Notes: generated by a model from the sequence alone, not told the origin. Numbered from the stretch's first letter, positions 28,193 to 37,709 are shown. The stretch: DNA of 53,431 bases from Candidatus Kuenenia stuttgartensis (GCA_945890885.1 CAMDDF010000001.1:1-53431); one strand, 5' to 3'. Numbers and translations: made by a program.

Positions 28193-29643
28193 AGCAGCGC
28201 CCGTATGTTCACCAACACTTCTGCACTTTCAGCATCCAGTTCGGCAATCTCGTCAATAATATCCAGCGGGCTAAGGTGGGTAATTTCCTCGCCACCATTC
28301 GGATTTTTACTCGATAGCTCGAAGGTTGTCTGATTAATGGTTTTGGCATCTACGCTCCAGCTCTTTGGTGAATCAGCGAAGGTTTTTTGCAACTCAATAA
28401 ATTCAGCAAGGTCGGCATCATTGAGCGAGTTGGTCTTGCCCATGTTACGGCCGGGATCAAGCTGGTAGTACCATGTTTTACGAGTTTTACTGCCTTTCTC
28501 AAAGAACAGTACCACGGTTTTCACACCTGCCCCCTGAAAGGTACCGCCGGGGCAGTCGAGCACGGTGTGCAGGTTGCAGCTTTCTAGAAGAAGTTTTCTT
28601 AAACTCACAGAGGCATTGTCAGTGTTGGAAAGGAAAGTGTTTTTGATAACCACGCCGCCGCGGCCGCCAGCCTTTAGCATCTTGATAAAGTGCTGGAGAA
28701 ACAAGAACGCCGTCTCGCCAGTACGGATGGGGAAATTTTGTTGTACTTCCTTGCGTTCCTTGCCGCCAAATGGTGGATTAGCAAGAATCACGTCGTAGCG
28801 GTCCTTTTCCTGAACGTCAGCAAGGTTCTCGGTGAGCGTGTTAGTATGCAGTATGTTCGGTGCTTCTATGCCATGCAATATCATATTCATAATCGCAATG
28901 ACGTAGGCAAGCGACTTCTTCTCCTTGCCGTAGAAGGTGCTGGTCTGGAGTGTGGTGAGGTCTTTGGTGGTGAGCTTCTTGCCCTTGGCCGTCAGATACT
29001 CGAACGCCTCGCACAAAAAGCCTGCCGAGCCAACTGCTCCATCGTAGATTTTTTCGCCTATGCGTGGCTGAACCACCTTTACGATTGCGCGGATAAGCGG
29101 GCGCGGGGTGTAATACTCGCCGCCATTGCGCCCGGCGTTGCCCATGTTCTTAATCTTGGCTTCATAGAGGTGCGAAAGCTCATGCTTTTCAGTCTGGGAG
29201 CCAAAGCGGAGTTCGTCAATGTGGTCAATAATCTCTCGCAGATTGTAGCCGCTCTGAATTCGGTTTTTGATTTCCCCGAATATCTCCCCGATTTTGTATT
29301 CGATGGTGTTTGGCCCGCTTGCTTTCTGTTTAAAGCTGTGCAGGTAGGGGAAGAGCTTCTGATTGACGAAGTCGCGGAGGTCGTCGCCGGTCAGGGCGTT
29401 AAGATCGGGCTTACCGTCCTTGCCCTTTGGCGCGGCCCATGTTTCCCAGCGGTATGGTTTATCGAGGATTTGTGTGTATTTCTTTCCCTCCATCTGAGCC
29501 ACCATAACCTTGTCGTGCTCTAGTGCATCGAGGTATTTCAGGAAGAGCATCCAGGATGTCTGCTCCGTGTAGTCCAGTTCGCTGGTGCAACCGGCATCTT
29601 TCCAGAGAACGTCGTCAATATTTTTGAAAGCTTGTTCGAACAT
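28189..29643 (-). CDS. hsdM: type I R-M DNA methyltransferase subunit
   Basis: Start moved to the ATG at 29643 (MFEQAFKNIDDVLW...), downstream of a predicted promoter. HsdM_N region, motif I YDGAVGSAGFL and catalytic ILANPPFGG. Confidence 0.95.
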   Translation of the reverse strand: MFEQAFKNIDDVLWKDAGCTSELDYTEQTSWMLFLKYLDALEHDKVMVAQMEGKKYTQILDKPYRWETWAAPKGKDGKPDLNALTGDDLRDFVNQKLFPYLHSFKQKASGPNTIEYKIGEIFGEIKNRIQSGYNLREIIDHIDELRFGSQTEKHELSHLYEAKIKNMGNAGRNGGEYYTPRPLIRAIVKVVQPRIGEKIYDGAVGSAGFLCEAFEYLTAKGKKLTTKDLTTLQTSTFYGKEKKSLAYVIAIMNMILHGIEAPNILHTNTLTENLADVQEKDRYDVILANPPFGGKERKEVQQNFPIRTGETAFLFLQHFIKMLKAGGRGGVVIKNTFLSNTDNASVSLRKLLLESCNLHTVLDCPGGTFQGAGVKTVVLFFEKGSKTRKTWYYQLDPGRNMGKTNSLNDADLAEFIELQKTFADSPKSWSVDAKTINQTTFELSSKNPNGGEEITHLSPLDIIDEIAELDAESAEVLVNIRALL

Positions 29644-29716
29644 GGGTACCTTATCCCTTAATATATTTTCTCTGTTATTTCCAGATAATATGCGAATCTC
29701 TATAGATATTTCGGAC

Positions 29717-29745
29717 ATTCTAACCAATCAAAGAGTCAAAAGCAA
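29717..29745 (-). promoter_or_regulatory. putative sigma70-type promoter of the hsdM operon
   Basis: Minus strand reads TTGCTT - 17 nt - TAGAAT, about 70 nt upstream of the 29643 ATG and downstream of the track's longer start. Confidence 0.45.
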
Positions 29746-29840
29746 ACCTCTTGTTTGTCCGCCTTATGTTCATAATGTGTACCATTTGTCATTAATACGA
29801 CCCGTATGTCATAAGTGCTTATAATAAAACAACTTAGATA

Positions 29841-29869
29841 TTGACAGCAAGATTGGTTTGTGTGATAAT
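29841..29869 (+). promoter_or_regulatory. near-consensus sigma70 promoter (extended -10), divergent from hsdM
   Basis: TTGACA (29841-46) - 17 nt - TGtGATAAT (29861-69). Confidence 0.55.
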
Positions 29870-29875
29870 ATTGGC

Positions 29876-30200
29876 ACGTTACAGAAAATCTGTTCTGTCG
29901 TGCTATGCCGACGATGGCCTGAGGGCAGCATAGCAGCATAAGGTCGGCGGCGTAATAGCTGACCATCCGGTTTAAGACGATAGGAGTTAATCCTACCTAT
30001 CGCAGGGCATAAAAACCCTTGCTCGATAAGGAACACGAAGCAGAGCAGTGAAGGACGCTCATAATGGTGCAATGTTCCTTTACCTGAACAGCCACACGCG
30101 ACGGCGACAAGCTGATAAAGGTATCCTATACGCTTAGGATACCATTGCGCCTCCGCTCTAGCTCAAAGCTGTTCCTCCGGCGCTGCCGCTAATACTACCT
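29876..30200 (+). ncRNA. candidate structured RNA / long structured leader (class unknown)
   Basis: Begins just downstream of the promoter. No ORF of 60 aa or more on this strand. Perfect stem-loops at 29881-29893, 29901-29935 (8 bp), 29978-30002 (7 bp), 30030-30078 (6 bp) and 30120-30143 (8 bp). The 3' end is undetermined. Confidence 0.3.
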
Positions 30201-30347
30201 ATGATAACTATCACTAAATCTAAACTTAGTCATAACAAGAAGCCACGTTGGTGGCTTAAGGGATACTCTCAGGAACAATCCCGCATAAAAGCCAAACAGT
30301 ACGAGAAACTGAGAGAAGAGATTGCCCGGTTCAAACAATCTCAGTAA
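30201..30347 (+). CDS. possible 48-aa basic peptide
   Basis: Hand-found: MITITKSKLSHNKKPRWWLKGYSQEQSRIKAKQYEKLREEIARFKQSQ. No convincing SD, so it may be non-coding. Confidence 0.2.
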   Translation: MITITKSKLSHNKKPRWWLKGYSQEQSRIKAKQYEKLREEIARFKQSQ

Positions 30348-30404
30348 TCTATAAATCATTTTTCCGTCATCCTCATATTCTCTGTAAAATCATTTGGGCA
30401 GATG

Positions 30405-30592
30405 GACTAATTTGGGATACCAAGGGGGGAAATTTGACCATCGCGGGTCCCAAAGGATTTTGTCCTGATGGCAATCCAACCAAACCCTCGTTAAATAGGG
30501 GTTTTAGAGATTTTTAAGCCTTTAAAACTTTAACCCTACCAAAGTACCTATTTCCGGTTATCGTTGATTTTATGAGCTTAAACCCCTCATGG
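30405..30592. repeat. island intergenic repeat family 1, copy B (mosaic, partly inverted)
   Basis: 30556-30592 is direct to copy C (TCGTTGATTTTATGAGCTTAAAC vs TCGTCGATTTTAGCGGCTTAAAC). 30405-30455 matches the reverse complement of 39053-39100. Confidence 0.5.
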
Positions 30593-30936
30593 TGCCAGTG
30601 TCCACAGAAAGCCTGATGCTGTACCGTAATAATAACCGGCTATACAACAATTCTGGACAACCGCAGATCATTTACATTTGTACGGAATAACCATAACTAA
30701 ATATAAACCGACCCACCATCCTCAGGTACACCCCCTTTATACACTCAAAAACCCTTTAATCCATAAATAACTGCATTTCCGTGTATATCACGCAGTTTTT
30801 ATCAAGCATATAAGATAGCACGATAGTCGTTAATCGTATGTGCATACTCCTAAAGCCTTTTTTGTGCTTCATTGCTGTGCCAGCATTTCATTAATCTTAA
30901 GTCATACAGGTCTATTTGCTATGGGTAATCATATAC

Positions 30937-30985
30937 TAAGGTACTTATATACGGTGTGTGTTGGGTTCTGCTGGCTTTAATAAAA
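30937..30985. repeat. island intergenic repeat family 2, copy 1
   Basis: TAAGGTACTTATATACGGTGTGTGTTGGGTTCTGCTGGCTTTAA vs 32603-32651 TAAGATACTTCTATATGGTGTGTGTTGGGCTCTACCGGCTTTAA (6 mismatches). Lies 3' of the thioesterase gene. Confidence 0.6.
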
Positions 30986-31020
30986 TTTAAGCCACTTGCT
31001 CATCATTGCGCAAAGATGGA

Positions 31021-31524
31021 TTAGTGTTTGATTTTCTTTAGCAAATCCTTCCTGGTTTGGACACGCAGCTTGGCATTTTCGTAGCGTCGTTTTTCATCGG
31101 CCGTTTGCGGTAATATAGGCGGCACCGGGCAGGGATGTTTATCTTTATCAATTGCGACAAAAGTCAGATGAGCCGTCGTAGCTCTAACCTGTTTACCGTC
31201 GTAAGGGTTTTCGCAAATTACCTGGACACCGACTTCCATTGAAGTATGGCCGACGTAATTAACAGCGGCCCTCAGTACAACATGGTCACCGATGTGAATC
31301 GGCTCTCTAAAAGATATTGAATCGATGCTTGCTGTTACAACCTCTTTGCCACTGTGCCTTTGCGCGGACATTGACGCGACCATATCTATCCAGGACATAA
31401 TCGTCCCGCCGAAAGCTGTTCCGCAGGGGTTAGCCTGATTGGGCATCAACAGATACCTGCTCTCAACGGCACTATCGGATGGTTTTTTACCTTCCATATT
31501 TTTTGCCATTTCTAAAAACCGCAA
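31021..31524 (-). CDS. acyl-CoA thioesterase (hotdog fold)
   Basis: MPNQANPCGTAFGGTIMSWIDMVASMSAQRHSG...VTASIDSISFREPIHIGD is typical of YciA/Acot-type thioesterases. Confidence 0.85.
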   Translation of the reverse strand: MRFLEMAKNMEGKKPSDSAVESRYLLMPNQANPCGTAFGGTIMSWIDMVASMSAQRHSGKEVVTASIDSISFREPIHIGDHVVLRAAVNYVGHTSMEVGVQVICENPYDGKQVRATTAHLTFVAIDKDKHPCPVPPILPQTADEKRRYENAKLRVQTRKDLLKKIKH

Positions 31525-31664
31525 AATTTCTTATAGTGTAAACAAACATAATACTACCTCTATCTTCAAATTATTTTTTGCCATTTTAGCAATTGCAAGG
31601 GCTTTACCTCCAACAAGACTCTTGCGGGTATCATCAATGTGCGATAATCTCAAAACAAAATCTC

Positions 31665-32114
31665 TCATTTGAGATGGACCTCTGTGACATTTTGAAATCT
31701 TTCAACGACATAAAAAGATTTAACATAAATACATAAAAAAGCACATGAATTAGAGCACAAAAATGACTCTAATTGTGGATGTTTCCTAAGATAAAGCATC
31801 ATCAAATTACTGTTATTGTTTTTTCGGATCTGTCGGACAGAACCGACCGCAGTGACTCCCATCGCTTTTCTGAAATCCGTCGCTTTGTTAGACCGGTTAT
31901 CGATAAAGAAGGATACACTTGAATTTGACATTATATTTTCAAATTTTCGTGTGGCCTTTGGTGTGGCAAAAACAATGTGTCGCATATCATCAGAGCACGC
32001 AAAGGCAATCAAGCTTGTGTAGGGTATCTTTTTTTGCTGGGTAGCCAATACACCAAGTTTCTGCGAGCTGAAAAGCTCCTTCAGTTTGTTTTCAAGCGAG
32101 GGTTTGGTTTCCAA
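31665..32114 (-). CDS. pyridoxamine 5'-phosphate oxidase-like FMN-binding split-barrel protein
   Basis: LGVLATQQKKIPYTSLIAFACSDDMRHIVFATPKATRKFENIMSNSSVSFFIDNR pattern. Confidence 0.7.
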   Translation of the reverse strand: METKPSLENKLKELFSSQKLGVLATQQKKIPYTSLIAFACSDDMRHIVFATPKATRKFENIMSNSSVSFFIDNRSNKATDFRKAMGVTAVGSVRQIRKNNNSNLMMLYLRKHPQLESFLCSNSCAFLCIYVKSFYVVERFQNVTEVHLK

Positions 32115-32148
32115 TTGATGTCTCCTGTTTAAAGGTGGAGCTTCCAGC

Positions 32149-32352
32149 TTATAATTTCATGGGCATACAAAGACTTTTCTCCAAGTGGGCGGTACGTCCA
32201 CAGAAATGACATTTGTATCTCGGTTCATCAACTAAGTCCTTGTATTCTTCCTGATTATCAACATGGTAGCCGTAAGATACAAAATAACATAGATGTTGGG
32301 TGTGGTCGTCGCTTTTACATTCCTGGTTGTCTTTTGGATGTTCTAAGGCCAT
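32149..32352 (-). CDS. small Cys/His-containing hypothetical protein
   Basis: 67 aa, contains KCHFCGRTAHLEKSLC. 34 nt downstream of the previous gene on the same strand. Confidence 0.4.
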   Translation of the reverse strand: MALEHPKDNQECKSDDHTQHLCYFVSYGYHVDNQEEYKDLVDEPRYKCHFCGRTAHLEKSLCMPMKL

Positions 32353-32602
32353 AATTTTCTCCTTTCAAAATTGCAAATTCATTTCTTGTCATATTTTTAT
32401 GGAGGATATTATTGAAGTTCTTCAAGTATTATCTCATACAATACCAATCTCTCCATATTGTTTTCAAATGCTGAATTTTCATTAAGTCTATTTTCCATTC
32501 TATTCCAAGGTATATCAACTGGGATTTCCCATATAACCCTGTATAAGTTCTATACTACCAAATCAATATCAAATGTGCTACTTTAATATGCGAAATGCGG
32601 GT

Positions 32603-32651
32603 TAAGATACTTCTATATGGTGTGTGTTGGGCTCTACCGGCTTTAACCAAT
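32603..32651. repeat. island intergenic repeat family 2, copy 2
   Basis: See 30937-30985. Lies 3' of the 1117-aa exoprotein gene. Confidence 0.6.
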
Positions 32652-32808
32652 AATTCATACCCTGATTCATACCTGATTCAGCTCGCCAGAATGTTCTTAA
32701 AAACACTATTAAGCATACTACTTCCACCTCTGCTTCCAGCAACTGCACCACAACGAGGCCGAGCAGTAACGCGGTGTTGGTTCCGGGGATATTTACAAGC
32801 GTTAGCAC

Positions 32809-35800
32809 TTATCTACTTTGGCTAAGACTCTCTATCTCCGGAAGGGTTATTGCTCTGTTATAGATACGGACTTCGTCAATCAATCCCTTGAAACCGTGAA
32901 TGCCCATTCGACCACCAATGTTCAGAGGCATATCATTTGTGCCAATATTGATAACTCCTGAACCTGATGCGATGAGTTCACCATCGACATACAGAGAACT
33001 CGTTGTTCCATCATAAGTCCCAACTATATTATGCCATTGACCTAAGGTTAATGCATAGTTGCTATTTGAAACAGTTATATCGTTGCCACCCGGAATTCCA
33101 TCGGTCAGGATAAATCTCGGGTAAGTGCCAAAATGTCCCAAATCCAAATCAAACAGTTCCCAAGGGTCAGTATCTGCCGTATCGTACGGTTTAATAACCA
33201 GTTTAGGCCAATTCGTGCTGTACTGAGTCATATAAACCCAGACGGAAATAGTGATTTCGTTCGTTATATCCAGAGAGGTAGAATCAGGAACTGAGACATA
33301 ATCATCGGTTCCATCGAAGCTTAATTCTCCATTACCAGTCCAGACAGTACCGTTCATCAATGTTCCATGGTTGCCATAGGTGGAAGAATCATATACCTGA
33401 TTCCCGCCTGTTCCGTTGAAGTCCCAATACCCAACAAGGTCTTGGTCCCAACAGAAAGACCAGTTTTCAGCCAGTATTGTAAAATCAATAAAATCAACGC
33501 GATTATTTAAGTCCATATCTTCCGCTAGCAGGACATCCTGAATCAGCCATTTTTCAATTAACAGCAACAAATCCTCCACGCCCACACAACCATTACGACT
33601 AATATCAGCAATATTGCCGACAAGAACAGGAGACATACTCGCCTGTGGTGTGCCACCGTAAGCGCCAATGTTAATTCGTCCACCATGTGGCCACAGTTCA
33701 TTCTTCCAGTTTGTATCAGTTGAATCCCCTGCATCAATACAAGGACTGGTTATAGCATCATGTATCCATGACTGACTATTTGGGTCCCACCGTCCAACCT
33801 CCGATTTCAGGTGAAAATCATTACTATCCAAATCAACAAAACACGGGTCTAAGTTGATGTTGCCTATACCTGACCAACCACCTTGAATATCACAATAACT
33901 TGCATTAGAGTCATAAATTTGGTCGGTGGTATTCCCCCATATGATACAATTTTTTATTATTCCGTTGCATTTATATATACCACTACCTTCACTCCCGTAA
34001 TCGTTATTATATGCTTCGTTGCCATAAATTACACAATTTGTAATTGTGCCGTTACAATGTGCAAGACCTCCACCTCGTGATGGCTGCTCGGCATCACTAT
34101 CGTTTACTGACTTGTTATTTACAATAATACAATTTATAATATTGCCATCGCAATAAGCAAGACCTCCCCCCATAACAGGTACAACATCCAAACTACCGGT
34201 GTCATTAATATTATTTCTAATAACACAAGAGACTATATCTGCCGAAGACCTTGATATACCCGCTCCATCACCCCAGTTTGAATAATTGCCTTCTATTAAA
34301 CAATTTTCAATAAGACCACTGCAGTTACTTATGGCTCCTCCATGGCCTTCCCATGGAATTTTGTTGTTTCTGATTATAGAGTTACTAATAACTCCGTCAC
34401 ATCCGTATATCGCTGCTCCGGAATCTTCTGCCACATTTTCAATAAATATACAATTATCAATTAGGGTATTGGAATTATCACCATAAAATCCACCACCAAA
34501 AGACTCAGGTGACTCAGACGCTCTATTATTTAAAATTGAACAATTTTTAACAATAGCATTGCTATCTTCACAGTAGATACCTCCACCGATATAAGCCGAA
34601 TTATTACCTATTATACAATTATTTATTGTAATGCCGCTATGTAAGATGTAGATACCTCCACCATTCCAATTATAACCTTCGGTGATAGTGAATCCTTCAA
34701 TTAACACATCATTTGTGTCAGTAATTTTAACGACAGAGTCTGTATAGCCACCATAAATGATTGTAGCCGCAACCACGCTTGGATTGTTAGGGTCAGTAGA
34801 GGTCAGTTCGATATTTTTACTATTAATGCTTACATTTTCAAAATACGTACCCTGCATCACAATTATCTTTGTGCCACTAGAGGAGACATTAACACCATCT
34901 TGAATATGTTGATACGGATGGGTTTGCGTTCCATCCCACGGTCCGCCTGTGTTGTCGTCGTCCACATAGACAACCGCTAAAATTGGCATAAATGATACTT
35001 CAATGGTATGGTTTTTTTGGATATTTTTTAAGTTAAAGGTATTCAAACCAAACTGCGCAACGGTTCCATCCAGCATCCATTTGTCTACTGTATAGTCCGG
35101 TTCTGGTGTGGCGACGAACAGTTGCTCCTCGCCAACATTCTTTATAATGTCGCCATTAGGATCAATCGTACCATTAGGACCAGCTGAAGCTGTTACTGTA
35201 GATGGTTTGGTGATAAGCATGATAGTTGCTGTTTCGCCATATCTGTGAATTATTGTTGACCAGCTTGTTCCATCGTACCACTTACCTGTCAAAACGCCAT
35301 GGCCCAATATCTTTCTACTGTCACCATCCCATGAAAGTCCAGTACCCAGAACAAACTCATAACCATTAAGAATAACATTACTGGAATCCACAACACGAAG
35401 TTCATTGATGTTTCCCCCAGAGATATTTACAGTACTAGTTTCTGCTGCATAGAGGTGGTTGCTTATGGTGCCGCCTGAGATGTTCATGATACTGGAATTC
35501 CATGACTGGAGTTCGCCAACGCTGCCGCCAGAGATTTCTAAGGTGCAGCTATTGAAGTCTTGGACAGTATCCACATTGCCACCTGAGATATTTGCAGTGC
35601 TGGTGTCATATAGTCTAAGGTAACGAATGGTGCCTCCGGATACATTTGTGGTACAGGTATCGTGGGAATCGAGGTAGTTGCTTATGGTGCCGCCAGAGAT
35701 GTTCATGATACTGGAATTCCATGACTGAGGTCGTACCAAGTTGCCACCTGAGATGTTCACAGTGCTGGTGTTGTAGGAGTAGAGGAAGCTGATGCTGCCG

Positions 35801-36162
35801 TTTGAGACATTCGCGGTGCTGTTGTCGTAGTGGCGGAGCCAGTAAATGTTACCGCCAGAAACATTCACATCGCTGTTGTTACGTGCATTGAAGTAGTTGC
35901 TGATGGAGCCACCTGAAATATTTAGATGTGCATTATTATTACTTTGAATAGCAACCGGTGAACCTCTAAGATTTGCACCTTCCAATACATTGACCGTGGT
36001 TGGATTTCCTGATGTAGCCAAATCAACATAAACAGATGTCGAGATTTCAGTTGCTAGATTCCAAGTGCCGCCATCCTGTAGGTACATATCAGCAAATCCA
36101 TGCCCCGTCATCATCACAAATATTGCAACCGCCAAATAAGTGGTTATTTTTGCATTTCCCAT
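32809..36162 (-). CDS. large secreted protein: NxSGG repeat region + parallel beta-helix + dockerin-like motif + C-terminal LamG/ConA-like domain
   Basis: Start moved to the ATG at 36162 (GGAGAG upstream; signal MGNAKITTYLAVAIFVMMTGHGFA). About 10 copies of a ~20-aa 'S..N(I/V)SGG.I' repeat. Beta-helix turns (NN.a..GGGIY). LamG-like end (LSFDGTDDYVSVPDS...WHNIVGTYDG...LYVDGELI...IDEVRIYNRA). Confidence 0.85.
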   Translation of the reverse strand: MGNAKITTYLAVAIFVMMTGHGFADMYLQDGGTWNLATEISTSVYVDLATSGNPTTVNVLEGANLRGSPVAIQSNNNAHLNISGGSISNYFNARNNSDVNVSGGNIYWLRHYDNSTANVSNGSISFLYSYNTSTVNISGGNLVRPQSWNSSIMNISGGTISNYLDSHDTCTTNVSGGTIRYLRLYDTSTANISGGNVDTVQDFNSCTLEISGGSVGELQSWNSSIMNISGGTISNHLYAAETSTVNISGGNINELRVVDSSNVILNGYEFVLGTGLSWDGDSRKILGHGVLTGKWYDGTSWSTIIHRYGETATIMLITKPSTVTASAGPNGTIDPNGDIIKNVGEEQLFVATPEPDYTVDKWMLDGTVAQFGLNTFNLKNIQKNHTIEVSFMPILAVVYVDDDNTGGPWDGTQTHPYQHIQDGVNVSSSGTKIIVMQGTYFENVSINSKNIELTSTDPNNPSVVAATIIYGGYTDSVVKITDTNDVLIEGFTITEGYNWNGGGIYILHSGITINNCIIGNNSAYIGGGIYCEDSNAIVKNCSILNNRASESPESFGGGFYGDNSNTLIDNCIFIENVAEDSGAAIYGCDGVISNSIIRNNKIPWEGHGGAISNCSGLIENCLIEGNYSNWGDGAGISRSSADIVSCVIRNNINDTGSLDVVPVMGGGLAYCDGNIINCIIVNNKSVNDSDAEQPSRGGGLAHCNGTITNCVIYGNEAYNNDYGSEGSGIYKCNGIIKNCIIWGNTTDQIYDSNASYCDIQGGWSGIGNINLDPCFVDLDSNDFHLKSEVGRWDPNSQSWIHDAITSPCIDAGDSTDTNWKNELWPHGGRINIGAYGGTPQASMSPVLVGNIADISRNGCVGVEDLLLLIEKWLIQDVLLAEDMDLNNRVDFIDFTILAENWSFCWDQDLVGYWDFNGTGGNQVYDSSTYGNHGTLMNGTVWTGNGELSFDGTDDYVSVPDSTSLDITNEITISVWVYMTQYSTNWPKLVIKPYDTADTDPWELFDLDLGHFGTYPRFILTDGIPGGNDITVSNSNYALTLGQWHNIVGTYDGTTSSLYVDGELIASGSGVINIGTNDMPLNIGGRMGIHGFKGLIDEVRIYNRAITLPEIESLSQSR

Positions 36163-36908
36163 TCTTCTCTCCTTTTTCCAAAATTTAGCCCGTACCCACA
36201 AAACACCCAAATCATATCAACAATATTCTACAATGTCAATCGTGGTAAATACGGGACACGGACAGAAAGTTGGTTGCTATGAGACTATGGCTTTATTTTA
36301 TTTTGGTAATTAGCGCGGATATACTCCTCATCAGAAAGCACACTGCTGCCAGTTCTGGTGTTCAGACTAGCAGAAAACTGGCTGTGAGCCCGTACGGGCG
36401 TTCATTACCGGACCCCAGCAAAGTGCCTCTTCAGGGTTATCTCAAGCCCAGCGATTACTGTGACTATTTAAAGGCCATCCTGTAAGGTAATCGTATCTCC
36501 ATATCCGGATTATGCTAAACAATGGATTGTATTCTGTATAACTCATATCCTTATCTGAAATCAGTTATTTTCAGAATTCCCCAAAAAAATCCGACCTCTG
36601 ACAATAAATTTCCTGAAAAGCCCAATTCCCACCAACTTATTTTTAACTATAAAAAAGACGGCTGATGGAACCAACCGGCGGTAAAAATACAACAAAACCC
36701 CAAATAAAAAAGGACCTCCACTATTATAACACACATACGGCACAATAACCTGAAATCCATAATGTTTTCCAGCCAGCCAAGCTGCGAGGCTGATATATGG
36801 TACCTTAGAAAGGGGTACCCCCTCTAAAGGGGATTAGCATTTAACGTTTCGACTGTATGTTCTTATGTTCACTAACTTACATTAATTTTTTTATGAAAGG
36901 GTATCACA

Positions 36909-37106
36909 ATGCGATACACATTTGACACAGAAGAAGTGAAGAACATTACATTGGGACAGGTTGGCACATTTGCTGGACGTACACCAGTTTATGCAGTGAA
37001 AGCCACAGCAGGTTTACTTGGCTTTGCCGTTAAGGCCGTTGGCCTGTTGGCAGGCGGATTGGCTCAGGTGGCTGATGCCACCGCAAAGAGTCTCGACAAG
37101 AAGTAA
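36909..37106 (+). CDS. small hypothetical protein (Gly/Ala-rich hydrophobic C-half)
   Basis: 65 aa with AAGGG upstream, followed directly by an intrinsic terminator. Confidence 0.5.
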   Translation: MRYTFDTEEVKNITLGQVGTFAGRTPVYAVKATAGLLGFAVKAVGLLAGGLAQVADATAKSLDKK

Positions 37107-37108
37107 TG

Positions 37109-37132
37109 GAAGGGCTAAATGCCCTTTCTTTT
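37109..37132 (+). terminator. rho-independent terminator
   Basis: AAGGGC-taaat-GCCCTT followed by TCTTTTT. Confidence 0.55.
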
Positions 37133-37168
37133 TGGGGACAATAACATTCACTTATCTAGGAGAATATT

Positions 37169-37327
37169 ATGGACAACAAAAACAGCGTCAATGCGCCTTC
37201 ACTCAAACAGCTCAAAGAATGGCTCATAGATGGTATCTGTGAAGCCACCGACGGTTGTACAGTCGAGCCAGATGGTGTTTGTGAGCACGGCTGCAACTCT
37301 TGGCTTATCGAACTTGGTCTGATCTGA
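37169..37327 (+). CDS. 52-aa Cys-rich small protein
   Basis: Hand-found (below the track cut-off). AGGAG 5 nt upstream. MDNKNSVNAPSLKQLKEWLIDGICEATDGCTVEPDGVCEHGCNSWLIELGLI. Confidence 0.55.
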   Translation: MDNKNSVNAPSLKQLKEWLIDGICEATDGCTVEPDGVCEHGCNSWLIELGLI

Positions 37328-37370
37328 TCAAACCTTTTGTAAACCATTAAAAATGAAAGGAGCGCGAAAA

Positions 37371-37646
37371 ATGAAACAAGAATCTCATAAGATTGACGAT
37401 GTGATAGAATTCTGTCAGCGGCATTCTCTAAACAGCGTCATGATTGGCAAATGGATCTGGGTAAAATTTACCCGCAAGCCCGCTGAAAACATGCGAACAC
37501 TACTAAAGGAGTTTGGATTCTGCTGGAGTAAACGCAGAGGTATGTGGGCACACAATTGCGGACATCCAAGTCAGCCAGGCAAGCAGGCACCGTGGCGTAA
37601 GTACCAATGCAGTGATGTATCAGGTTCGGTGGAACTGGACGATTAA
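37371..37646 (+). CDS. small mobile-element protein, paralogue 1
   Basis: Start moved to 37371 (AGGAG 9 nt upstream; aligns with its paralogue). MKQESHKIDDVIEFCQRHSL..IGKWIWVKFTRKP....LLKEFGFCWSKRRGMWAHNCGHPS. Confidence 0.7.
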   Translation: MKQESHKIDDVIEFCQRHSLNSVMIGKWIWVKFTRKPAENMRTLLKEFGFCWSKRRGMWAHNCGHPSQPGKQAPWRKYQCSDVSGSVELDD

Positions 37647-37664
37647 GCATGGATGCTATCACAG

Positions 37665-37709
37665 AAGGCTCTGGGAAGGTGTAATAAGCCATCTCAGGGC
37701 CTTTTTTTT
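37665..37709 (+). terminator. rho-independent terminator
   Basis: 12-bp stem AAGGCTCTGGGA / TCTCAGGGCCTT (two G-U pairs) followed by T8. Confidence 0.6.

Noticed and set aside
29876-30200. Tried to assign the structured RNA to tmRNA, RNase P RNA, SRP/4.5S, 6S, a cobalamin riboswitch, a retron msr/msd, or ToxI-like tandem repeats.
   Set aside because: No tRNA-like 3' end or tag ORF, and no GAGGAAAGUCC or ACAGAA RNase P boxes. There is no GGAA-capped SRP domain IV despite a GAAGCAG string, and no B12 box. No reverse transcriptase lies nearby and there are no tandem repeats. The class stays unknown.
36270-36560. Possible decayed transposase or integrase remnant (minus-strand fragments such as GNERPYGLTASF and MSYTEYNPLFSIIRIW) and the 71-aa plus-strand ORF 36270..36485.
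   Set aside because: Only ~20-30-aa stop-interrupted fragments are present, with a vague resemblance to the rve-domain C-terminus. I cannot support this without a search.
36812-36821. 10-nt palindrome GGGGTACCCC about 90 nt upstream of the small-gene module.
   Set aside because: It is a single short palindrome with no partner site or nearby regulator gene, which is insufficient to call an operator.
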